Assembly (NCBI RefSeq): GCF_009914755.1
Contig: NC_060940.1
DNA: 64,000 nt
Source: the human T2T-CHM13v2.0 reference genome, Homo sapiens
Reading direction: 5' to 3' (one strand)
In this document: positions 43,601 to 56,100 of the stretch, one piece after another
Numbering within the stretch: the first letter of the stretch is position 1
How the letters are laid out: every line of letters starts with the position of its first letter
Translations under genes and position numbers: made by a program
The notes under the pieces: generated by a model
What the model saw: the letters and a program-made list of their open reading frames with translations, nothing else
Databases searched by the model: none
Told to the model about the DNA's origin: nothing

Positions 43601-46600
43601 GACGGTGAGCAATTCGATTCAATTCCATGATGATTCTATTTGATTCAATTAGATGATGTTTCCATTCGAATCCATTCCATGATTATTCCATTGGAATCCA
43701 TTCGGCGATGATTCCATATGAGTCAATTCAATGATGATTCCATATGGGTCCGTTCGATGATAATTCCATTTGATTTCATTTGGTGCTTCTATTCAATTCC
43801 AGTCGATGATGATTCCGTTGGAGTCCATACGATGATTCCATTTGATTTCATTTGATGATGATTCCATTCGATGATGATTACATTGGATTCCATTCTATGA
43901 TTCCATTCAATTCCATTCGTTGATGATTCGATTCCATTCAATGATGATTCCATTTGAGTTCATTCGATGATTCTATTCGATTCCGTTCGATGGTGATTCA
44001 ATTCTCTTATATTGGATGATTCCACTCGATTCCATTTGATGATAATTCCATTGGAGTCCACTTAGTGAATCCTTTAGATTCTACTCGACGATGATTCCAT
44101 TCGAGTCCATTCGATGATACCATTCAATTCCATTCGTTGATGCTTCCATTGAAGTGCATTCGATGATATCATTCGATTCCATTTGATGATAATTCCATTT
44201 GATTCCATGCGATGATTCTATTCGATTCCATTCAATGATAATTCCATTCAATTCACTGATTCCTCTGGACTCCATTTGATGATGATTCCATTCAATGATT
44301 CCATTCGATTCTATTCCAAAATGATTCCATTTGAATCCATTTGATGATGATTCCATTAGATTCCATTTGATGATTCCATTCGATTCCATTTGACGATGAT
44401 TCCATTCGATTCCATTTGATGATTCCATTCTATTCTATTCGATGATGATTCCATTCGATTCCATTCGATGATGATTGGATTCGATTCCATTTGATGATTT
44501 CATTTGATTCCATTCGTTAAAGATTTCGATCAATTCCATTCGATGATTCCATTCGATTCCATTCGATAATGATTGCATCCGAGTCCATTCGGTGATTCCA
44601 TTTGAGCCTGTTCGATAATTCCATTTGAGTCCAACCAATGATTCCATTCATTTCCATTCAATGATTCCATTCGAGTCCATTTGATCATTCCGGTATTGTC
44701 CATTCGATGTTGATTCCATTGGAGTGCATTCGATGATTGCATTCGAGTCCATTTTATGATTTGATTCGAGTCCTTTCGATGATTCCATTCGATTCCACTC
44801 GATGATGATTTCATTCGAGTCCATTCGACACTTCCAATCGATTCCATTTGATGTTTCCATTCGAGTCCAATTGATGATTCCATTCAATTCCATTCGATGA
44901 TGATTCCGTACGATTCCATTCTGTGATGATTCCATGTGATTGCATTCAATGATGATTCCTTTCGATTGCATTCGATTATGATTCATTTCGTGTTCATTCT
45001 ATGGTTCCACAGGTTTCCATTCGTGTCCATTCCATTATTCCATTCTATTCCATTTGATGATGATTCCATTCGATTCCATTCATTGGTGATTCCACTCAAT
45101 TCCATTCAATGATTCCATTCCATTTCTTTCAACAATGATTCCATTGCTTTCTAATCGATGATCCACTTGATTCCATTTGACGACGATTCCATTCTTGTCC
45201 ATTCGATAATTCCATTTGATTCCATTCGATGATGATTCCATTCGATTCCATACGATGATGATTCCATTCGAGTCCATTCAATGGTGATTCCATTCAATTC
45301 CATTCGATGATTCCTTTCGATTCCATTCGATGATGATGGCATTCGATTCCTTTCAATCATTCCCTTTGATTCCATTCAAAGGTGATTTCATTCAAGTCCA
45401 TTCGATAATTGCATTCGATTCCATTCTATGATGATTCCATTCGAGTCCATTTGATGATTCCATTCAATTCAAGTCAATGATGATTCCATTCGATTCCATT
45501 CGATGATTCCATTGGATTCCATTCGATGATGATTCCATTCAAATCCATTCGATAATTCAATTCAAGTCCATTCGATGATGATTGAAATCGAATCCATTCA
45601 AAGATTCCATTCAGTTCCATTCGATGATTCCCTTAGATTCCATTCGATGATTCCACTTGATTCCATTTACGATGATTCCATTCGATTCCATGTGATGATT
45701 CCATTCAATTCTATTCAATGCTGTTTCCATTTGATTCCATTTGACCATGATTGCCTTTGATTCCATTCAATGACTCCATTCGGTTCCTTTTGATGATGAT
45801 TCCGTTCGATTCCATTTCATTATTCCATTTGATTCCATTGGATGAGTCCATTCGATTACATTCGATGATTATTCCATTCGAGTGCATTAGATGATTCCAT
45901 TCGAGTCCATTCGATGATTCCTTTGGATTCCATTCGATGATGATTCCATTCAAATCCATTCGATAATTCAATTCACGTCCATTCGATGTTGATTCCAATC
46001 GAATCCATTCAAAGATTCCATTCAGTTCCATTCGATGATTCCACTTGATTCCATTTACGATGATTCCATTCGATTCCATGTGATGATTCCATTCAATTCT
46101 ATTCACTGATGTTTCCATTTGATTCCATTCGACCATGATTGCCTTTGATTCCATTCAATGATTCCATTCGGTTCCGTTTGATGATGATTCCGTTCGATTC
46201 CATTTGATGATTCCATTTGATTCCATTGGATGAGTCCATTCGATTACATTCGATGATTATTCCATTCGAGTGCATTAGATGATTGCATTCGAGTCCATTC
46301 GATGATTCCATTCGAGTCCATTCGATGATTCCATTCGATTCCATTCGATGTTGATTCTGTTCAAATCCATTCGATGATTCCACTCGATTCCATTCGATGA
46401 CTCCATTTGATCCCATTCGATGATTTCCTTTGATTCCCTTTGATGATCATTCCATTTGATTCAATTCGGTGATTTCATTTGATTCCATTCAGTGTTGTTT
46501 CCATTCGACTCCATTCGATGATGATTCCATTCGACTACATTCGATTATGATTTCATTCAATTCCATTCGATAAAGATTCCCTTCGAGTCCAATCGATGAT

Positions 46601-47126
46601 TCCATTCGATTCCATTCAACGATGATTTGATTCGTGTCCATTCGATGATTCCATTTGATTCCACTTGATGAGGATTCCATTCGAGTCCATTTGATGATTC
46701 CATTCAATTCCATTCTCCGATGATTTCTTTTGAGCCCATTCAATGCTTCCACTCGATTACATATGATGATGACTCCATTCGATGAAACTCGATGATGATT
46801 CCATTCGCTTGCATTCGATGATGATTCCACTTGAGTCCGTTAGAAGATTCTATTCAATTACATTCCATGACGATTCCGTTCGTGTCCATTTGATGATTCC
46901 ATTACACTCCATTCGACAATGATTCCATTCAATGTTATTCGATGATTCCATTCGATCTCATTCGATGATGATTCCATTCAACTCCATTCGATGTTTCCAT
47001 TCGAGTTCATTCTATTATTCCATTAGATTCCATTCGATGATGATTCCATTCGATTCCATTTGATGATTGCATTCTATTTCATTTGATGATGATTCCATTC
47101 GAGTCCATTCGATGATTCCATTTGAG
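40604..47126 (+). repeat. 6.1-kb-type unit with an internal ~0.4-kb tandem duplication (6523 bp)
   Basis: Marker at 40604 and 47127; offset 40956->47479 = 6523 = 6112+411. The duplicated segment is about 45500-45910 / 45911-46300. Confidence 0.9.
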
Positions 47127-50100
47127 TCCATTTAATGAATCCATTGGTTTCAATTCTATGATGATTATATTGGATTCCATTCGTTGATGATTTCATTCGA
47201 TTCCATTCAATGATGATTCCATTCAATTCCATTCAATGATTCCATTCAATTCCATACGATGATGATTCCATTTGATTTGATTCGACAGTGAGCCATTCGA
47301 TTCAATTCCATGATGATTCTATTTGATTCACTTTGTTGACATTTCCATTCGGTTCCATTCGATGATGATTCCATCTGATTCCATTCAAAGATGATTCCAT
47401 TCTAGCTCATTCAATCATTCCATTCGATTCTATTCAATGATGATTCCATTCATGTCGATTTGGTGATTCCATTTGACTTCATTTGATGATGATTCCTTTC
47501 AAGTTCATTAGATGATTCCATTCGATTCCATTTGATGATGATCCCATTCGAGTCCATTCAGTGATTCCACTCGTTTCCATTCCATGATGATTCCATTCCC
47601 TTCCATTCAATGATTCCATTCGATTCCGTTTGATGATGATTTCATTCGAGTCCATTTGATGATTCCATTTGATTCCATTCGATGATGATTCCATTCGAGT
47701 CCATTCGATGATTCTATTCGAATCCATTTGATGATTTCTTTTGATTATATTTGGTGATGATTCCATTGGAGTCCATTCAATGATTCCATTCGATTCCAAT
47801 CGATGGTGGTTCCATTAGAGACCATTTAATGATTCCATTTGATTCCAGTCTCTGATGTTTACATTCGAGTCCATACGATGATTCCACTCAATTCCATATG
47901 ATGATGATTCCATTCGATTCCATTCGATGATTCCATTCTATTCTATTCAATGGTGATTCCATTCGAGTACATTAGATGATTCCATTCGATTCCATTCAAT
48001 GATGATGCTATTTGTGTCCCTTAGATGATTCCACATGATTCCATTAGATGATGATACTATTTGAGCCCATCCAATGATTCCCTTCGATTCCATTCGATGA
48101 GGATTCCATTCGATTCAATTCATTGGTGATTCTATTCAATTCAATTCTTTGATTCAATTCCATTCCATTCGACAATGATTCCATTCGATTTCTTTCGATG
48201 ATTCCACTCCATTTCACTTGACATTGATTACATTCGATTCCATTCAATGATTCCATTTGATTCCAGTGGATGATGATTGCCGTCGATTCCATTCGATCAC
48301 TCCATTCTGTTCCATTTGATGATGATTACATTCGATTCCATTTGATGATTCCATCTGATTCTATTCGAGGATTCCATTTGATTCCATTCGATGATGATTC
48401 CATTCGAGTCCATTCGATGATTTCATTCGAGTACATCCAATGATTCCATTCGAGTCCATTTGATGATTCCATTTCATTCCATTTGATTATGATTCTACTA
48501 GAGTCCATTCAATGACTCCATTCGAGTCCATTCAACAGTTCCATCCGAGTCCATTCGATGATTCCATTCGATTCCATTTGATGATTCCATTCGAGTCCAT
48601 TTAATCATTACAGTCGAGTCCATTTGGTGATTCCACTGGATTTCTTTTGATAATGATACCATTCAATTACATTTGATGATGATCCCATTCAATTTCATTT
48701 GATGATGATTCCATTAGAGTCCATTCCATGATTTCATTCGAGTCCCTTCATTGATTCCATCCGATTTCATTTCATGATGACTCCATTCGAGTCCATTCGA
48801 TGATTCCACTCGATTCCATTAGATGATTCCATTGGAGTCCATTTGATTGTTCCATTCGATTCCATTCGATTCTTTTCGAAGATTATTCCATTTGAGTCCA
48901 TTCGATGATGATTCCATTCCATTCCATTCGATGATTCCGTTTGATTCCATTCGATGATTCCCTGCGATTCCTTTCTATGATGATTCCATTCCATTCCATT
49001 CAATGATTCCATTCGAATCTATTCCATGATGATTCCTTTCGATTCCATTCGCTGATGTTTCCGTTCAATTCCATTCGATGATGATTCCATTCGATTCCAT
49101 TCATTGAGGATTCCATTGGATTCCATTCAATGATGATTCCATTCTATTCCATTCAATGATTGCATTCAATTCCATTCAATGATTATGCCATTAGAGTAAA
49201 TTCAACGATTCCATTCAATACCATTCGATGATGATTCCTTTTGAGTCCATTCAATGATTTCATTCAAGTCCATTTGATGATTCCTTTCAATTCCATTCCA
49301 TGATGATTCCATTCGAGTCCATTCGATGATTCCATTCGATTGCATTCGATGATTCCATTATATTCCATTCAACGATGATTCCATTCGAGTCCATTCGATG
49401 ATTCCATTAGAGTACATTTAATGATTGCTTTGTTTTCAATTCGAAGATGATTACATTGGATTCCATTCTATGATTCCATTCGATTGCATTCATTGATGAT
49501 TCCACCCAATTCCATTCGATGATGATTCCATTCGATTTCAATGATTCTACTCGATTCCATTCAATGATGATTCAATTCTATTCCGTTTGATGATTCCATT
49601 AGATTCCATTCTATGATGATTCCATTCGAGTCCATTCGAAGATTTCATTCGATTACATTCCATGACGATTCCATTCGAGTCCATTCGATGATTCCATTTG
49701 AATCCATTCGACGATGATTCCATTTGATGCTATTCGATGATTCCATTGGATTCCATTCGATGATGATTCCATTCGACTTGATTTGATGTTTCTATTTGAG
49801 TCCATTCGGTTATTTTATTAGACTACATTCGATGATGATTCCATTCGATGCCATTCAATGATTCCATTTGATTCCACTCAATGATGATTGCATTCGTGTC
49901 CATTCGATGATTCCATTTGGTTCCATTTGATGATGATTCCATTCGAGTCCATTCGATGATACCATTCAATTCCATTCGATGATCATTCCATTCGAATCCA
50001 TTTGATGATTCCACTCAATTCCATTTGATGACTCCTTTCATTCCCATTCGATGATTCCCTTCAGTTCCAATTGGATGATCTTTCCATTTGATTCAATATG

Positions 50101-53100
50101 GTGACTCCATTCTATTATATTCAATGATGATTCCATTCGACTCCATTAGATGATGACTCCATTCCATTCCATTCGATTGTGATTTCATTCGATTCCATTC
50201 GAAGATGATTCCATTCGAGTCCATTTGATGATTCCATTCGATTCCATTCAATGATGATTCCACTCAAATCCATTGGATGATTCCATTCGTTTCCAATTGG
50301 TGATTTCATTAGATTCCATTCGAGGATGATTCTATTCGAGTCCATTCAATGATTCCATTGGATTCCGTTTGATAATGATTCCATTAGAGTTCATTCGATG
50401 ATTCCCTTCGAGTCCATTCGATTATTTCTTTTGATTCCATTTGATGATGATTCCATTCGATTCCATTCAATGATTCCATTCCATTCCATTCGATGATGAT
50501 TCCATTCGATAATGATTACATTCGAGCCCATGTGATGATTCCATTAGATTCTATTCAATGATGATTCCATTCGACCACATTCGATGATGGCATTCGAGTC
50601 CATTCGATGATTTCACTCGATTCCACTTGATGATGATTCCTTTTGAGTCCATTTGATGATTACATTCGAGTCCATGAGATGACTCCATTCGATTCCATTT
50701 CATGATGATGCAATTCGAGGCTATTCGATCATCCCATTTTAGTGCATTCGGTGATTCTCTTTTATTACATTCGATGAGGGCTCCATTCGAGTCCATTCAA
50801 TGATTCCATTAGATTCCACTCGATGATGATTCCATTTGAGTCCATTCAAAGATTCCTTTCGAGTCCATTCGATAATTCTATTGGATTCCACTAGGTGATG
50901 ATTCCTTTCGAGTCAATTCGATGATTCCTTTCAAGTGCCTTCAATGATTCCATTCGATTCCATTCGATGACGATTCATTTCAAGTCCATTCAGTGGTTCC
51001 ATTCTGTTGAATTTGATGGTTCCATTTGGTTCCATTCGATGATGATTCCATTCGTGTCCATTGGATGATTCCATTCGATTCCTTTCGAGGAAGACTCCAT
51101 TCGACTCCATTCGATGATTCCGTTCGATTCCATTCCATGATGATTCCATTTGATTCCATTCCATGATTCCATTCGATACCATTCGATGATGATTCCATTT
51201 GACTCCATTTGATGAATCCATTCAATGCTTCCATTCGAGTCCATTCGATGATTCCATTCGATTCCATTCCATGAAGATTCCATTCGAGTACATTTGATGA
51301 TTCCATTTAATTCCATAGGATGATGATTCTATTAGGGTCCGTTGACTATTCCATTTAATTCCATTCGAAGATTCCATTCGAGTCCACTCGATGATTCTAT
51401 TTGATTCCATTTGATAATTCCATTCGATTCCATTTGATGTTGATTCCATTTGAGTCCATTCGATCATTATTACATTTGATTCTATTCGATGATTCCATTC
51501 GATTCCATTTGATGAGGATTCCATTCGAGACCATTTGATGATTCCATTCAATTCCATTGGATGATTCCAATATTTTCCATTAGATGATGATTCCATTCGA
51601 TTCCATTCAATGATGATTCCATCAGAATCCATTCGATGATGACTCCTTTTGCTTCCATTCAATGATCATTACATTCGGTTCCATTCGATGATGATTCCTT
51701 TGGATTCCATTCGATGATGCTTCCATTCGATTCCATTTGATGATGATTCTTTTCGATTCCATTTGATGATGATTCCATTTGATTCCATTCAATGGTGATT
51801 CCATTTGATGATTCCATTCGATTGTATTCGATGATGATTCCACTCGATTCTATTTGATGATGACTGCATTCGATTCCATTTGATGATTCCATTTGATTCC
51901 ATTCGATGATGATTCTGATCAATTGCATTCGATGATCCATTCGATTCCATTTGATGGTTCCATTTGATTCCATTTGATAATGATTCCTTTCGAGTCCATT
52001 CGATGATTCCATTTGCGGATATTCGATAATTCCATTTGAGTCCAACCGATGATTCCATTCGAGGCCATTCAATCATTCTTTTTGAGTCCTTTCGATAAAG
52101 ATTCCATTTTAGTCCATTCAATAATTCCACTGGAGTCCATTCGATGATTGCTTTTAATTCCATTCGATGATATTCCATTCGAGTCCATTCGATGATTCCA
52201 TTCGTTGCTATTAGATGATGATTCCATTCATGACCATTTGGTGATTCCATTCGATTTCATTCGTTGATGATTCCATTCGAGTCCATTCCATGATTCCATT
52301 CAAGTCCATTTGATGATTTCTTTGAATTCAATTCGATGATGATTCCATTCGAGTCCATTCGATGATTCCATTCAGTTCCATTCGATGATGATTCCTTTCG
52401 AGACCATATGATGACTCCATTTGATTTCATTCGATGATGATTCCATTCGATTCCATTCGATGATTCCATTCTATTCCATTCGATGATGATTCCATTCGAG
52501 TCCATTTAATGATTCCATTGGGTTCAATTCAATGATGATTACATTGGATTCTCTTCTATGATTCCATTCAATTCCGTTCATTGACAATTTGATTCCATTC
52601 GATGATGATTCCATTTGAGTTCATTCGATGATTCTATTCGATTCTCTTCGATGGTGATTCAATTCTATTATATTGGATGATTCCATTCGATTCCATTTGA
52701 TGTTGATTCAATTCGATTCTCTTCGATGATGATTCCATTGGATTTCATTTGATGATTCTATTCCATTCCATTCAATGATGATTCACTTCTCTTCCATTGG
52801 ATGATTCCATTTCATTCCATTCGATGATGATTCCATTCGATTCCATTCGATGATTCCATTTGATTCCATTCGACGGTGAGCAATTCGATTCAATTCCATG
52901 ATGATTCTATTTGATTCAGTTAGATGATGTTTCCATTCGAATCCATTCCATGATTATTCCATTGGAATCCATTCGGCGATGATTCCATATGAGTCAAATC
53001 AATGATGCTTCCATATGGGTCAGTTCGATGATAATTCCATTTGATTTCATTCGATGCTTCTATTCAATTCCAGTCGATGATGATTCCGTTGGAGTCCATA

Positions 53101-56100
53101 CGATGACTCCATTTGATTTCATTTGATGATGATTCCATTCGATTCCATTCGATGACTCCATTCTGTTCCATTCGATGATGATTCCATTCGAGTCCATTCG
53201 ATGATTCCATTCGAGTCCATTTCATGATTCCATTGGGTTCAATTCGATGATGATTACACTGGATTCCATTCTATGATTCCATTCAATTCCATTCGTTGAT
53301 GATTCGATTCCATTCAATCATGATTCCATTTGAGTTCATTCGATGATTCTATTCGATTCCGTTCAATGGTGATTCAATTCTATTATATTGGATGATTCCA
53401 TTCGATTCCATTTGATGATGATTCCATTCGATTCCATTCGATGATGATTCCATTTGATTCCATTTGATGTTGATTCTATTCGATTCTATTCAATGATGAT
53501 TCCATTCGATTTCATTTGATGATTCTATTTGATTCCTTTCGATGATTCTATTCCATTCCATTCGATGATGATTCAATTCTCTTCCATTGGATGATTCCAT
53601 TTTATTCCATTCGACGATGACTCCATTTGATTCCATTCAATGATGATTCCATTCGATTCCATTCGGTGATTCCATTTGATTCCATTCGACGGTGAGCAAT
53701 TTGATTCAATTCCATAATGATTCCATTTGATTCAATTAGATGATGTTTCCATTCGAATCCATTCGATGATGATTCCATTGGTATCCATTCGACGATGATT
53801 CCATATGAGTCAATTCGATGATGATTCCATACGAGTCCGTTGGATGATAATTCCATTTGATTTCATTCAATCCTTCTATTCGATTCCATTTGATGATGAT
53901 TCCATCTGAATCCATTCTCCGATTCCATTCGATTTCATTCGATGCTTCTATTTGATTTCATTCGAAGATGATTCCTTTCAATTCCATTCATTAATTCCAT
54001 TTGATTCCATTCGATGATGATTCCATCCGATTCCATTGGATGATGATTCCATTCGAGTCCATTCGATGATTCCGTTCTAATCCATTCTATGATTCCATTC
54101 GAGTCCATTCGATGATTCCATTCGATTCCGTTCAGTGATGATTCCATTTGATTCCATCTGATGATGATTTCATTTGATTCCATTCGATGATGATTCCATT
54201 GGAGTCCATTGAATGATTCAATTCAATTCCATTCCATGTGGATTCCATTCGAATTCATTCGATTATTCCATTCAAATCCCTTCGTTGATTCCATCTGATT
54301 CCACTTGACGATGATTCCATTCAAGTCCAATCGATGATTCCATTCGGTTCCATTCAATGATTCCATTCGAGTCCATTTATGTATTATATTCGTGTCCACT
54401 TGATGATTCCATTCAATTCCATTTAATGATGATTCCATTTGATTCCATTTGATGATTCAGTTCGATTCCTTACAATGATTCCCTATGATTCCTTTCTATG
54501 ATGATTCCATTCGATTCCATTCATTGATGATTCCATTCGACTCCATTCGATGATGATTCCTTTCGATTCCATTTGACGATGTTTCCATTTGAGTCCATTC
54601 GATGATGATTCAATTCAGTTCTGTTCTATTATGAATCCATTCGATTTCATTCAATGCTTCTATTTGATTCCATTCGACGATGATTCCATCTCTTTCCCTT
54701 CGATGATTCCATTTGATTCCATTCAGTGATGATTCCATTTGATTCCATCTGATGATGATTTTACTTGATTCATTTCAATGATGATTCCATTCAGGTCCAT
54801 TCGATGATTCCATTGGAGTCCAAACGATCATTCCATTCGATTCCATTCAATGATGATTCCATTCATGTCCATTCAATGAATCCTTTCAATTCCATTCGAT
54901 GATGACTCCATTCGAGTACATTCGATGATTCCAGTTGATTCCATTTGATGATGATTACATTCAATTCCATTCGAAGATGATTCCATTCAATTCCACTTGA
55001 TGATGATTCCGTATGAATCCATTCGCTGATTATTCCATTCGATTCCATTCATTGACGATTCCATTCGATTCCATTCAATGATGATTCTCTTCTATTCCAT
55101 TCGATGATTCCGGTCGATTCCATTCGATGATGATTCCATTAGATTCCATTCGATTGTTGCATTCGATTCCCTTCGATGATGATTCCTTTGAATTCCATTC
55201 GATTATGATTCCGTATGAATCCATTTGATGATTATTCCATTGGATTCCTTTCGATGATGATTCCATTCGATTCCATTTGATGATGTTTCTCATGTATTCC
55301 ATTTGATAATTCCTTTCAATTCCCTTCGATGATGATTCTTTCGAGTCAATTCGATGATTCTATTCCATTCCCTTCGATGATGATTCCATTTCACTCCATT
55401 CGATGATTCCATTCGATTCAATTTGGTGATGATTCAATTCGATGACATTCGATGACTCCATTCAATTTCATTTGATGATGATTACATTCGAGTCCATTTG
55501 ATGATTGTATTCCTTTCCTTTTGATGATTATTCCATTCGTGTCTATTCAAAGATTCCATTCTATTCCATTCAATGATGATTCCAATTGATTCCATTCAAT
55601 GATTATGGCTATCAATTCCACTCGTTGATTCCATTTGATTCCACTCGATGATTATTCCGTTAGATTCCATTAGGAGATTCCATTCGATTTTATTCAATGA
55701 TTCCAATTGATTCCATTCAATGATGATTCCATTCGACTGCATTCAGTGATTCCATTTGAGTCCATTTGATGATTCCATTCGAGTCCATTTGATGATTCCA
55801 TTCTTTTCCATTTGATGATGATTCCATTAGGGTCCATTCAATGATTCCATTCGAGTCCATTCGTTAATGCCTTTCGAGTCCTTTTGATCACTACATTCGA
55901 ATCCATTTAATGATTCTATTCGATTCCATTCCATGATGATTCCATTCGAGTTCATTAGATGATTGCATTCGAGTCCATTTGATGATTCCATATGATTCCA
56001 TTCGACAATGATTCCATTCGTGTCCATTTGATGATTCCATTCATTTCCTATCGATGAAGATTCCATTCGAGTGTATTCGATGATTCCATTCAAATCCATT

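Noticed and set aside
37675-45760. Three plus-strand ORFs (37675-37956, 39463-39648, 45575-45760)
   Set aside because: They arise from chance loss of TGA stops in diverged satellite copies. The peptides are repeat translations and are not conserved in sister copies.
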